Positions 37,166-46,182 of a stretch of DNA of 64,000 nt are shown piece by piece. The notes below the pieces were generated by a model. That model had not been told where the DNA came from and ran no database searches. It was given only the letters and a program-made list of their open reading frames with translations. Position numbers and translations under genes: made by a program. Positions within the stretch are counted from its first letter, which is position 1; every line of letters starts with the position of its first letter. This DNA is from Candidatus Dormibacteria bacterium (GTDB lineage Bacteria > Chloroflexota > Dormibacteria > Aeolococcales > Aeolococcaceae), in NCBI GenBank assembly GCA_049511615.1, contig JBEKXW010000001.1:47517-111516 (forward strand). The letters are read 5' to 3'.

Positions 37166-37849
37166 TCAGGGGGTGGGGGGCGGGGTGATGCTCACGTTCT
37201 CGCCATAGTTGTCGAGAACAAGGTGGAACGTGCTCTGGTGCCCGGCCTCGAAGATGGGGCCGGTGAGGTCGACCTCCCGGACCTGGTTGTCGGAGGTGTC
37301 GATGGAGAAGACCGCCGCGACGGGCTGGCTGGGCTGGGCATCCACGAGCAGTGAGGCCACCAGCTTGCCCGGGAGGGTGGCAACGACCTGCTGGAGCGAT
37401 TCGCCGGTGAGCCGCACCTGGGAGCCGATGCTGGGCTTCTGAGCCGACGTGAGCAGGGTGGAGATCCCCGTGCTGGGGTTGAGCAGCTGGCCGGGGTCCG
37501 CAAACCCGTACTGCGCTGGGGTCGCCTTCTGCCAGTCGAGGGTGAAGGGGGGCAGGACGTAGAACTGGCCTCCGGTGGACACCACCTTCACCTGGAGGGG
37601 GAATCCGCTCTCCTCGACGGTGAGCGTGCCCGAGAAGCCGTCGGGTCGCAGCGCGTCCCCCACCGCCGAGGTCAGCTCCAGGCCGCTCCCCGGCGTGTTC
37701 TGGCTGGTGAGCTGGACGTGGAAGGCCGTGGTCTGGTCGAAGGTGGCCTTCGCCCGCTGGAGCAGCGTCGTCGCGGACGGCCCCGAGTAGCCACAGGCTG
37801 CGGCGGCCGCGGCCAGGCCGGCCACGGCGGCGAGACGCCAGCGCTTGAT
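37166..37849 (-). CDS. LppX/LprG (LprAFG) family lipoprotein; start reassigned to ATC at 37849
   Basis: Mature part (TLLQRAKATFDQTTAFHVQLTSQ...GENVSITPP) matches the LppX_LprAFG fold family. Track ORF starts at GTG 37825 (MAGLAAAAAAC). An in-frame upstream extension gives MKRWRLAAVAGLAAAAAAC, a canonical lipoprotein signal with a lipobox. Confidence 0.65.
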   Translation of the reverse strand: MKRWRLAAVAGLAAAAAACGYSGPSATTLLQRAKATFDQTTAFHVQLTSQNTPGSGLELTSAVGDALRPDGFSGTLTVEESGFPLQVKVVSTGGQFYVLPPFTLDWQKATPAQYGFADPGQLLNPSTGISTLLTSAQKPSIGSQVRLTGESLQQVVATLPGKLVASLLVDAQPSQPVAAVFSIDTSDNQVREVDLTGPIFEAGHQSTFHLVLDNYGENVSITPPPTP

Positions 37850-37947
37850 GGTCGAGCCCTCCCGTCGATCAGATCCCCATCGGCCGCCGAGTATGACCGA
37901 CCCGCGCCGGGAGTGGAAGCCGGCATGGCTGCCACCGCTCCCGATCC

Positions 37948-38655
37948 GTGCCGGCGAGGGCGGTGGGTGGGCGCTCCGGCACGCGGGCCGGGCCGGTGCG
38001 ACATGGTCCGCCGTTCGTGGCGCTATCGTGGCAGGCCGTGTCCGCGCCGACCCGCTGCCGGCATCGCGTCCTCCGGCTCGTCTCGCTGCTCCTCCTCGTC
38101 GCTGCGATCGGCAGCTTCGGGCTCAGCATGGTGCGGATCTCCTTCTCGCCCGCGTTCATTGCCGGGCTCCAGCAGCTCCCCCGGCCGGTCACGCTTCCCG
38201 CCGCCTGCGTGAACGGCGGCATCGCCGCCTACAGCGGCCTGTCGCTGGCCGCCGGGGGGGCTCCCACCGTGAATGCCGGATGCCTGCGGCAGATCCAGGA
38301 TCCCGGTCAGGCGAACCTGGGCATCCAGCCACTGGCCCTGCTGGCGGCCCTGGCCATCCTCGGGGCGGCGGCGGTGACGGCGTGGGGGCCACCCGGCCAC
38401 CGCCGCGCCACCGGCGTGCTCTCGGTCGTCTCGGCCGCCCTGCTGGTGGTGAACACGCTGCGCCTGGTGGACGTCTTCGCCGGGCATTTCGGCCAGGGCA
38501 CGGCGGCGATCACCAGCGGCCCGGATCTCGGGCTCTGGGTGGTCGGCGGGCTGCTCCTCCTGGCCGTGCTCGCCCAGGTGGGCTCCGCCGGTCTGGGCTG
38601 GGCGCGACAGGCCCTGGCTCCCCTCGAGGACGGGGCTCCGGCGCCCCACCCCTGA
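37948..38655 (+). CDS. hypothetical membrane protein
   Basis: Track ORF with ~4 hydrophobic helices (LRLVSLLLLVAAIGSFGL, LALLAALAILGAAAV, VLSVVSAALLVVNTL, LWVVGGLLLLAVLAQV). Start uncertain. No family recognised. Confidence 0.35.
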   Translation: MPARAVGGRSGTRAGPVRHGPPFVALSWQAVSAPTRCRHRVLRLVSLLLLVAAIGSFGLSMVRISFSPAFIAGLQQLPRPVTLPAACVNGGIAAYSGLSLAAGGAPTVNAGCLRQIQDPGQANLGIQPLALLAALAILGAAAVTAWGPPGHRRATGVLSVVSAALLVVNTLRLVDVFAGHFGQGTAAITSGPDLGLWVVGGLLLLAVLAQVGSAGLGWARQALAPLEDGAPAPHP

Positions 38656-38682
38656 TCCTGGCGCATGCGGAAACCACGGACC

Positions 38683-39612
38683 TCAGCCCGGTCTCCGCAC
38701 CCCGGCTGACCCTGACCGCCCGCTGTCGCCGGGGATGGGCGGCAGCGGCTCCAGGCCCGCGCACTCCCGCAGCAGGCTCACCTGCTCGCGGTCCGGGCCT
38801 CTCCGATCAGGGCCGGGCACCTCGAGGACCCAGGGGACCCGGCGCATCCGCGGGTCGCTCAGCAGCAGCCGGAACCCGGTCTCGCCGATCTCCCCCTCCC
38901 CGATGTCGGCGTGCCGGTCGGCGCTGCTGCCCAGGCCCGACGCCGAGTCGTTGGCGTGGACCAGGCAGAGCCGCTCGAACCCGATGACGCGGGCGAGCTC
39001 GCCCAGCGTCCGGCTCACCCCCGGCGCATCGCGCAGGTCGTAACCGCTCGCGAACGCGTGCTGGGTGTCGAGGCAGACCCCGATCCGCGGGGACCCGGCG
39101 GCCTCGACGATGCGGGCGACCTCCTCGAAGCTGCGCCCCAGGTACCCGCCCGCGCCGGCGCTGTTCTCCACCAGCAGCCGGGCCCGGCCCGGTGGGCTGC
39201 GGTCGAGGACCTCCCGGATCGCCGCCGTCATCCGGGGGAGCACAGCCGCGAATCCCGCCCCGAGGTGGGACCCCGGGTGGAAGACGACCCCGTTGGCGTC
39301 GAGGGCGGCCGCCACCTCCATGTAGTGGACCAGGGATTCGACCGACGATCGCAGCAGCGGCTCCTTGGGGGACGCGAGGTTGATCAGGTAGACCGCGTGG
39401 AGGTAATGGCCGCGCAGCCCGGAGGCCGCGTACTTGCGGAGGTAGAGTTCCCGGTCCGCCTGCTCGAGCCGCAGCGGCCGCCACATCTGGGCCGGGGTGG
39501 GGTGGGTCTGGATGACCTCGGCCCCGATCGCCACGGCGCTGTCGACGGCCGTGTGGATGCCACCGCGTGCCCGGACGTGGGCTCCGATCAGCACGGGGGA
39601 CGGTTCTGCCAA
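38683..39612 (-). CDS. nfo: deoxyribonuclease IV / endonuclease IV (Nfo, AP endonuclease family 2)
   Basis: IGAHV...HPGSHLG...LVENSAG...CLDTQHAFASGYD...LVHANDS are the Nfo metal-binding motifs. Confidence 0.85.
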   Translation of the reverse strand: MAEPSPVLIGAHVRARGGIHTAVDSAVAIGAEVIQTHPTPAQMWRPLRLEQADRELYLRKYAASGLRGHYLHAVYLINLASPKEPLLRSSVESLVHYMEVAAALDANGVVFHPGSHLGAGFAAVLPRMTAAIREVLDRSPPGRARLLVENSAGAGGYLGRSFEEVARIVEAAGSPRIGVCLDTQHAFASGYDLRDAPGVSRTLGELARVIGFERLCLVHANDSASGLGSSADRHADIGEGEIGETGFRLLLSDPRMRRVPWVLEVPGPDRRGPDREQVSLLRECAGLEPLPPIPGDSGRSGSAGVRRPG

Positions 39613-39628
39613 GGCGACGGATCGGGCC

Positions 39629-40375
39629 TCAGGGGGCGACCAGCAGCTTCACCGCCAGGCCGATGCCGACGGCCGCGACCCCGTAGCGGAGCGGCGTGGG
39701 TGGGATGCGCCGTCCGGCCATGGCGCCGAGCACGCCGCCCACCGTGGTCCCCGCCGCGAGCACCAGGGCGTCGAGCCAGTGAACCGGCCCGAAGATGGCG
39801 AAGCCGACGGCGGCGATGGCGTTGACCGTGGTGGTGCAGACGACCTTGGCCGCGTTGAGCCGCTGGAGGGTGTCATCGATGAAGAGCGCGAGGACGGCGA
39901 GCAGCATCACGCCCAGGGCGGCGCCGAAGTAGGCCCCGTACACCCCACCGAGCACCAGCCCGCCGCGGAACACGAGCGAGCTCTCCCCGGCCTCACCGCG
40001 GATCAGCCTGGCCAGCAGGGGCTGGAAGAGGAGGGCGAGGCAGCCGGCGATGATCAGCCAGGGGACCACCCGGGTGAAGACGCCCGGCGAGGTCCTGAGC
40101 AGCAGCACCGTCCCGAGCAGCCCGCCGATCGACATCGGCACCAGCAGGCGGCCGACGCGGCGGCCCTGGCCCACCAGCTCGGCGCGGTAGCCGTGGCTCC
40201 CGGTCGCCAGGCCGGGGACCAGGCCGACGGTGTTGGTCACGTTGGCGGCGAGCGGGTTGAGGCCGGCGCCGAGCAGCGCCGGGTAGCTGAGCAGCGAGCC
40301 ACCGCCCCCGATGGTGTTGGCGGTGCCGGCGAGGACGCCGGCCCCGGCGATGAACCCGGCCTCGAGCCCGGTCAC
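39629..40375 (-). CDS. sulfite exporter TauE/SafE family membrane protein
   Basis: AGVLAGTANTIGGGGSLLSYPALLGAG is the TauE/SafE N-terminal repeat. 7-8 TMS. Confidence 0.8.
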   Translation of the reverse strand: MTGLEAGFIAGAGVLAGTANTIGGGGSLLSYPALLGAGLNPLAANVTNTVGLVPGLATGSHGYRAELVGQGRRVGRLLVPMSIGGLLGTVLLLRTSPGVFTRVVPWLIIAGCLALLFQPLLARLIRGEAGESSLVFRGGLVLGGVYGAYFGAALGVMLLAVLALFIDDTLQRLNAAKVVCTTTVNAIAAVGFAIFGPVHWLDALVLAAGTTVGGVLGAMAGRRIPPTPLRYGVAAVGIGLAVKLLVAP

Positions 40376-40520
40376 GTCGGTCCGCGGTCAGTCCAACCGT
40401 TCACGGCCGCATCTTCGCAACGACGGGGCTGCGCGCGCGCGGCAGGTCGCTGCGGCCAGCCGATCGGTGCCCGGAGTCCGCGGGGGTGACCCTCGCCGTG
40501 CACGCCGGACGCCGCCGGCG

Positions 40521-41954
40521 CTAGGCGGCGGACTCGGCGACCAGGACCGGGGCCGTCTCCGGGGCGGACGCGGCGTCGAGGCTGTGGCCGCTCTTCTCCG
40601 GCAGCACCCGGGTGAGCAGCGCCCCCGCGACCCCCAGGCCGGAGCAGAAGATCAGCACTCCTCCCAGGCCGAGCGCTGAGCTGAGCACGGGGAAGAGGAA
40701 GACGCCGAGGAAGGCGCCCAGCTTGCCCACTCCCGCGGCGATGCCGTGCCCGGTGGTCCGCTCCCCGACCCCGAACACCTCGGTCGGGATCAGGAAGGTG
40801 GTCACGTTGGGCCCGAACTCGGTGAAGAAGTAGCTGATCCCGTAGATGAGGAGGAAGGGGACGATGACGTGGGTCAGCCCCGGGATGAACCCGATCAGCC
40901 CGAAGCAGACCGCCATGGCCAGGAAGCCGATCCACTGGAGCCGGCGATGGCCGATCCGGTCCACGGTGAGGAACGCGAAGACGTAACCCGGGACCGCGAA
41001 GAGGGCAAAGATGATCAGGGTCCACGCGGTCGACTGGAGGAGGTTGGCCCCGGGCGCCACCCCCCGCAGGATGACCGGGGCGGAGATGGTGTTCCCGTAG
41101 TAGACGTAGTCGAGCAGGAACCACGAGCCCGCCGTGCCGAGGATGAGGAGCAGCGACTTGCGGTCGGTGAAGAACGCGCGGAGGCTGGTGGGGCCCGCGG
41201 CATTGCCCTCTGCGGCCGCCCGCACCACACCCCGGGTGTACTTCTCCATGGCGGCGGTCGCCTCGGTCTCGCGGCCCTGGACCTGGGCGGCGTAGCGCGG
41301 CGACTCGGGTGTCTTGATCCGCAGGTAGAGGACGCTCAGCGCGGGGAGGGCGCCGAGCCCCAGCATCAGCCGCCAGGCCAGCTCGTGGTTCACCCCGGAG
41401 GCCAGCAGGGCGAGCGCCACCACCGGTCCGATGATCAGACCGGCGGCCTGGGAGGAGAAGACCAGCGAGACCAGCAGCCCTCGCCGCTCGCGATTCGCGT
41501 ACTCGCTGGCCATCACCGCGCTCACCGGGTAGTCGCCGCCGATCCCGATGCCGAGGACGAAGCGGAAGGCGACCAGCCAGAGGTAGCTCGGCGCCAGCGC
41601 GGTGGCGAAGGCGCCCAGGGCCATGATCCCCGCCACCAGCCCGTACACCCGGGTCCGTCCCAGGATGTCGGCGACCCGGCCGAAGACGAGCGCTCCGACC
41701 AGGGTTGCGAGCAGGGTGGCGCCGCCCAGGAAGCTGGTCTGGACGGCGCTGAGGTGCCATTCGCCCTTGATGAGGACGAGAGCGACGCCGATGATGAAGA
41801 GGTCGTAGGCGTCGGTGAAGAAGCCCATCGCGGCGGTGAACGCCGCCTTCAGGTGGAAGAGGCTCAGCGGTGCCTCGTCCAGAGCCTCGCCGAGGGTCCG
41901 ATGTGAGGGGGCGGTCGTCGAACTGGCGGTGCTGCCGTCCACGCAGTGCTCCAT
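40521..41954 (-). CDS. MFS transporter, phosphate:H+ symporter (PHS) family
   Basis: AMGFFTDAYDLFIIGVAL...GRVADILGRTR...GIGIGGDYPVSAVMASEYAN is PHS-family signature. Divergent from phoU. Confidence 0.8.
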   Translation of the reverse strand: MEHCVDGSTASSTTAPSHRTLGEALDEAPLSLFHLKAAFTAAMGFFTDAYDLFIIGVALVLIKGEWHLSAVQTSFLGGATLLATLVGALVFGRVADILGRTRVYGLVAGIMALGAFATALAPSYLWLVAFRFVLGIGIGGDYPVSAVMASEYANRERRGLLVSLVFSSQAAGLIIGPVVALALLASGVNHELAWRLMLGLGALPALSVLYLRIKTPESPRYAAQVQGRETEATAAMEKYTRGVVRAAAEGNAAGPTSLRAFFTDRKSLLLILGTAGSWFLLDYVYYGNTISAPVILRGVAPGANLLQSTAWTLIIFALFAVPGYVFAFLTVDRIGHRRLQWIGFLAMAVCFGLIGFIPGLTHVIVPFLLIYGISYFFTEFGPNVTTFLIPTEVFGVGERTTGHGIAAGVGKLGAFLGVFLFPVLSSALGLGGVLIFCSGLGVAGALLTRVLPEKSGHSLDAASAPETAPVLVAESAA

Positions 41955-42002
41955 ACTCTTCGGATTGGGGCTCTGTTAAAGAGTGGAGAACTCAGGATTA
42001 AG

Positions 42003-42677
42003 ATGTCCTTAACGACACAGGGCGCCTCGGAGTCCGGTACCACCGACCAGGTCCTGGCCGACGTCTGGCGCCTCGCGCAGCTGGTGGAGGGTCAGGTCGC
42101 CGAGTCCCTCCGTACCCTGGGCGCCTCCGACCTGGAGGGGGCCGATGCCGTCGTCCACGCCGACCTCGAGGTCAACGCGCTCCGCTACCGGATCGAGGAG
42201 CTGGTCACCGCCGAGCTGGCTCCGGGGGCCGGTGGGGAGCGCCTCCGCCTGCTCATCGCCGTCCTCTACGTCATCAGCGACCTGGAGCGGATCGCCGATC
42301 ACGCCGCCGGCACTGCCAAGGTCGCCCTCATGCTGGGGCGCCCGCCGATGCGGGCCCTGCCGTCCAGCATCCTGCACCTGGGGGACCAGGTGCAGGCGAT
42401 GCTCTCGGCGGGCGTGGCGGTGCTGCGCGACCGGGATGTCGAAGCCGCCCGCCGGCTGGTCGGGGAGGACGACGCCATCGACCGCCTCTACGACGACATC
42501 TACGGCGAGCTGATCGCGACCATGACCGCGGAGCCGGACACCATCGTCCCCTGCACCTACCAGCTGTGGGCCACCCACAACCTGGAGCGGATCGCCGACC
42601 GGGTCACCAACCTCTGCGAGCGCACCGTCTACCTCGCCACCGGCCGGATCGAAGACCTCAACATCTCGACCTACTGA
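42003..42677 (+). CDS. phoU: phosphate transport system regulatory protein PhoU
   Basis: Two PhoU repeats (DLERIADHA... and NLERIADRVTNLCE). ATG at 42003 inside the longer track ORF, after an AT-richer spacer. Confidence 0.9.
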   Translation: MSLTTQGASESGTTDQVLADVWRLAQLVEGQVAESLRTLGASDLEGADAVVHADLEVNALRYRIEELVTAELAPGAGGERLRLLIAVLYVISDLERIADHAAGTAKVALMLGRPPMRALPSSILHLGDQVQAMLSAGVAVLRDRDVEAARRLVGEDDAIDRLYDDIYGELIATMTAEPDTIVPCTYQLWATHNLERIADRVTNLCERTVYLATGRIEDLNISTY

Positions 42678-42686
42678 GGGGCCTCG

Positions 42687-43424
42687 GTGCCCACGGTTCT
42701 CTTGATCGACGTGCCCGAGCCCCGCGCGGCGGGCCTCGAGGAGCGTCTGGCGGTCGACGGGCACCTGGTGCGCCGGGCCACCGGCTGGCCCGCCGAGCGC
42801 CCCGACGCCGCCGAGGTGGACGTGGTGCTGGCCCACACCGCCAACCCCGCCGCCCTCGCCCTGGCGGTGCGCCGGCTGAGCAGGGCACCGCTCATCCTGG
42901 TCAGCGGGGCCGCGGCGACCGACCGGGTCGCAGCCCTGGCCTGCGGTGCCGACGTCTGCCTGGCCGAGTCCGAGTCCGATCCCGTGGTCGAGGCCCATGT
43001 GATCGCGCTGCTGCGCCGCTGGCAGCCGCGCGTCCGCCACCAGACGGAGACGGTCCAGGTCGGCGAGCTGGCCCTCGACCCGCCGGCGCGCCGCGCCCAG
43101 GTGGGCGGCGCCGATCTCGAGCTGAGGCCCCGCGAGTTCGACCTCCTGGTGGCCCTGGCCCGCTCCGCGGGGCGCGCCCTCCGGCGCCACGAGCTTCTCG
43201 ACCTGGTCTGGGGCCCTCGCTTCTCCGGTGGGGTCAACACGGTCGACGTTCACATCTCCTGGCTGCGCCAGAAGCTGCCGGCGGAAGCCCGGGTCCGGAT
43301 CACCACCCTCCGCGGGGTCGGTTACCGGCTGGACGAGCTGAGCCGGCCGCCGGCGGACGTGCCGGTCCCGGAGCCGATGCCCGAGCCGGTGGCCGCGGCT
43401 GCGGGATCGCCCACGGATCGGTGA
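42687..43424 (+). CDS. OmpR/PhoB-family winged-helix regulator with atypical (pseudo-)receiver domain
   Basis: C-terminal trans_reg_C (VQVGELALDPPARRAQVGGADLELRPREFDLLVALAR...TVDVHISWLRQKL...TLRGVGYRL). N-terminal receiver-like fold lacks the acidic DD pair, the phospho-acceptor Asp and the conserved Lys. Confidence 0.7.
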   Translation: MPTVLLIDVPEPRAAGLEERLAVDGHLVRRATGWPAERPDAAEVDVVLAHTANPAALALAVRRLSRAPLILVSGAAATDRVAALACGADVCLAESESDPVVEAHVIALLRRWQPRVRHQTETVQVGELALDPPARRAQVGGADLELRPREFDLLVALARSAGRALRRHELLDLVWGPRFSGGVNTVDVHISWLRQKLPAEARVRITTLRGVGYRLDELSRPPADVPVPEPMPEPVAAAAGSPTDR

Positions 43425-43489
43425 GCACCGCTCGCCACCCGGGCAGGTGACGGGCCGCCTCGCCGGTCCGTCACCATGCGCTGCGCGCC

Positions 43490-44338
43490 GTGATCTACGT
43501 CCTCGTGCTCACCGCCGTCACCGCGGTCTGGGGATGGACGTTCGTGGTCATCAAGGACTCGATCGCCCAGTACCCGGTGGCCCCCTTCCTCGCGCTCCGT
43601 TTCGCGCTGGCCGTCCTGGTGCTGCTCGTCGTCGGCCGCCGCCTCCCGGAGCGCCGGTCGCTCCGGGTCGGGGGGGTGATCGGCGTCGCGGTCGCCGCCG
43701 GCTACGCCCTCCAGACCTACGGCCTGCAGAGCACCGCGCCCGGGACCGCGGGGCTCATCACCGGCCTCTTCGTCGTCTTCACCCCGCTGATCGACCGCGC
43801 CTTCGGGACCAGGGTGCCCCGCCGGACCGCGCTGGCGGTCGCCGTCGCGCTGATCGGCACCGCTCTGCTCGCGGGCGGCAACCCCTCCGTCGGGGTCGGC
43901 CTGGGCGACCTGCTCGTGCTCGGCGGCGCGGTCTGCTTCGCCCTTCAGGTGGTCCTCCTCTCACGCCACAGCGCCGGCCTCCGCCCCGTCGACCTGGCCC
44001 TCCTCCAGATGGCGGTGAGCTTCGTCGTCTTCAGCGCCGCCGGCTCCGCCTCCTTCGCCCCTCCGACCGGGGAGGTCTGGTTCGGGGTGGTCATCACCGG
44101 GGTCTTCGCCAGTGCACTCGCCTTTCCCCTGCAGGCGTGGGCCCAGGCGAGGATGAGCGCCACCCGGGCCGCTCTGATCATGGCCATGGAGCCGGCCTGG
44201 GCTCTCTTCTTCGCCGTGATCCTCGCCGGTCAGCGCCTCGACCCGGTCCAGGCCGCGGGAGCGGTCCTGGTGCTGGCCGCGGTGGTCGGTCACGAGGCGG
44301 TCCCGCAGCGGGCGGCCGCGCGGCGAAGCCCGGCCTAG
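43490..44338 (+). CDS. EamA/DMT-family transporter
   Basis: Two EamA repeats, 10 TMS (LTAVTAVWGWTFVVIKD...; LLQMAVSFVVFSAAG...). Confidence 0.8.
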   Translation: MIYVLVLTAVTAVWGWTFVVIKDSIAQYPVAPFLALRFALAVLVLLVVGRRLPERRSLRVGGVIGVAVAAGYALQTYGLQSTAPGTAGLITGLFVVFTPLIDRAFGTRVPRRTALAVAVALIGTALLAGGNPSVGVGLGDLLVLGGAVCFALQVVLLSRHSAGLRPVDLALLQMAVSFVVFSAAGSASFAPPTGEVWFGVVITGVFASALAFPLQAWAQARMSATRAALIMAMEPAWALFFAVILAGQRLDPVQAAGAVLVLAAVVGHEAVPQRAAARRSPA

Positions 44339-44426
44339 CAGGGTCCCGGAACGGCCCGGGCGCAGCCGGCAGGGGAGGTGGGAAGCTGGTCGCGTCGCGG
44401 GCCGCGAGATGGGGTGACGTCTGCTC

Positions 44427-44756
44427 TCAGCCACCTCCGGGCTGCGGGACCAGGCGGGGATTGGCCGCCTGGGCCTGGTCCACCTGCTCGAAGGCGGCGA
44501 GGATCCGCTCGAGGGCCTGGACGATCCCGGTGCACCCGCCGGTCCCGAGCGAGTCGAGGGAGTGGACCAGGGTCGTGACCTGCTCGCTCAGGGTGACGCA
44601 CTGGCTGCCGCCGACGCTCGGGTCGCCGAGGGGGGCGCAGTCGGCGCCCAGCTGGCCGGCGAGTGCCACCACCGTCCGGCCCTGGGTGGTGAACGCCAGC
44701 GCGCATTCCTCGAACGCCGGGATGACCACCCGCAGGTCAGAGGATCCGCTCACCAC
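44427..44756 (-). CDS. small hypothetical protein downstream of WXG100 gene (possible EspC-like / T7SS-associated partner)
   Basis: 109-aa track ORF, 37 nt downstream of the WXG100 gene on the same strand. Ends in a Gly/Pro-rich tail. Only weak resemblance to the EspC (PF10824) family. Confidence 0.35.
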   Translation of the reverse strand: MVSGSSDLRVVIPAFEECALAFTTQGRTVVALAGQLGADCAPLGDPSVGGSQCVTLSEQVTTLVHSLDSLGTGGCTGIVQALERILAAFEQVDQAQAANPRLVPQPGGG

Positions 44757-44793
44757 CCCACCTCCGGCGGGTCCAGCGTCAAGCCGGGCGCGC

Positions 44794-45096
44794 TCACTGG
44801 GCCCGGATCGTCCCGGCGATCGCCTGGTCGTGCTCGTCGTAGGACTGCCCGGACCTCTCCAGGCGGGTCGCCACCGCCATCAGCGCGTCGTGGCAGGTCT
44901 GGGCAGCCCGGTGCCAGTCGGCGAAGAGGTCGCCGAAGGCGTTGGCGCCGAGACCCAGCCAGGAGTCGAGGAGCGCCTGGACCCGCTGCTGGGTCTGGGA
45001 GATGGTCTGGTCCATCTGGCTCGCGTAGCTCCTGACCTGGACCGCGTGGGCCTGGAGCTCCCCCTTGCCGACCTTGAGGAGATCGCTGGTTGCCAT
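44794..45096 (-). CDS. WXG100-family (EsxA/EsxB-like) protein
   Basis: 100 aa with a central W-L-G turn (LLDSWLGLGANAFGDLFADW) and predicted helix-turn-helix. ATG at 45096, with a GGGGAGGGA SD ~9 nt upstream. Confidence 0.65.
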   Translation of the reverse strand: MATSDLLKVGKGELQAHAVQVRSYASQMDQTISQTQQRVQALLDSWLGLGANAFGDLFADWHRAAQTCHDALMAVATRLERSGQSYDEHDQAIAGTIRAQ

Positions 45097-45295
45097 CGGC
45101 GCCGTCCCTCCCCGGATGTGATGCGGGTGGTCCGCCCCGGCCCGCGGGCCGGCGGCGGCCATGGGAGCCAGTCTCGGGTCCGGGTGCGGACATCCCACGG
45201 ACAAAGTCCCGGTCACCGAGCGGCGACCGGCGTGCCGGCCCGACCCGTCTGCGAAGCCGCCCTTCCGGGCTGTCTCCGGGGTGGCCGCGCCTACC

Positions 45296-46093
45296 TCAGC
45301 GATCCGCCGCTCCGGTCGCACCTTTATCACGGCCGGCGGCCGCCTCCAGCGCGATGAGGCGCCGCACCCCGCCCACCGCGATGTCGATGGCGGCGTCGAC
45401 GGGGAGGCGGCGCGCATCGGGGAGCCCCGCGACTCCCTCCGACGCGCTGTCGATGACCGCGAGCACCGCCCCGGCGCGCACCCGGCGCACGGCGGCGACG
45501 GTGAGCAGGGTGGCCGACTCCATCTCCGCCGCGATGCAGCCGGCGCGGGCCCAGGCGTCCCAACGCGCCCGGATCAGCCCCTCCTCCGGGAAGCTCTCGG
45601 GCTCCATCTCGGCGTAGAAGGCGTCGTTGCTGAGCACGACCCCCACCCGGCATGGGTGGCCGGCCACCCGGGCGGTCTCGCGCAGGGCGAGCACGACGTC
45701 GAGGTCGGCGACCGCGGGGAATCCGGCGGGGGCGTAGTGGTCGGGGGTCCCGTCCCCGCGCGCCGCCGCCTGCACCACCACGACGTCGCCGAAGCGCAGG
45801 CTCGGGTCGAGGGCGCCGCAGCTGCCCACCCGGACGAGGGTCCGGGCACCGGCCCTGACCAGCTCCTCCACCGCGATCGCCGTCGAGGGACCGCCGATCC
45901 CGGTGGAGGTGACGCTGACGTCCACCCCGTCCAGGCTTCCGGTGTAGGTGGTGAACTCGCGGTGAGCGGCGATCCGCCGCGCACCGTCGAGCCGCGACGC
46001 GATGACCTCGCACCGGCCCGGGTCGCCGGGGAGCAGCACGTAGCCGCCGATGTCGCCGGCCTCCACCTGGAGGTGGTACTGCCGCTCGCCCAC
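45296..46093 (-). CDS. nucleoside phosphorylase (PNP_UDP_1 family; uridine/purine nucleoside phosphorylase-like)
   Basis: VLLPGDPGR...TGIGGPSTAIAVEEL...RVGSCGAL...EMESATL is the PNP/UDP phosphorylase family-1 signature. Confidence 0.8.
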   Translation of the reverse strand: MGERQYHLQVEAGDIGGYVLLPGDPGRCEVIASRLDGARRIAAHREFTTYTGSLDGVDVSVTSTGIGGPSTAIAVEELVRAGARTLVRVGSCGALDPSLRFGDVVVVQAAARGDGTPDHYAPAGFPAVADLDVVLALRETARVAGHPCRVGVVLSNDAFYAEMEPESFPEEGLIRARWDAWARAGCIAAEMESATLLTVAAVRRVRAGAVLAVIDSASEGVAGLPDARRLPVDAAIDIAVGGVRRLIALEAAAGRDKGATGAADR

Positions 46094-46182
46094 GATCGCC
46101 GAAATGTACCAGGGGTGACGGTCCCGCTCCGCGTACCATCCCTGCCGTGTCCACAGCCAGCCGGACGGCCGCCGACGGTGAC

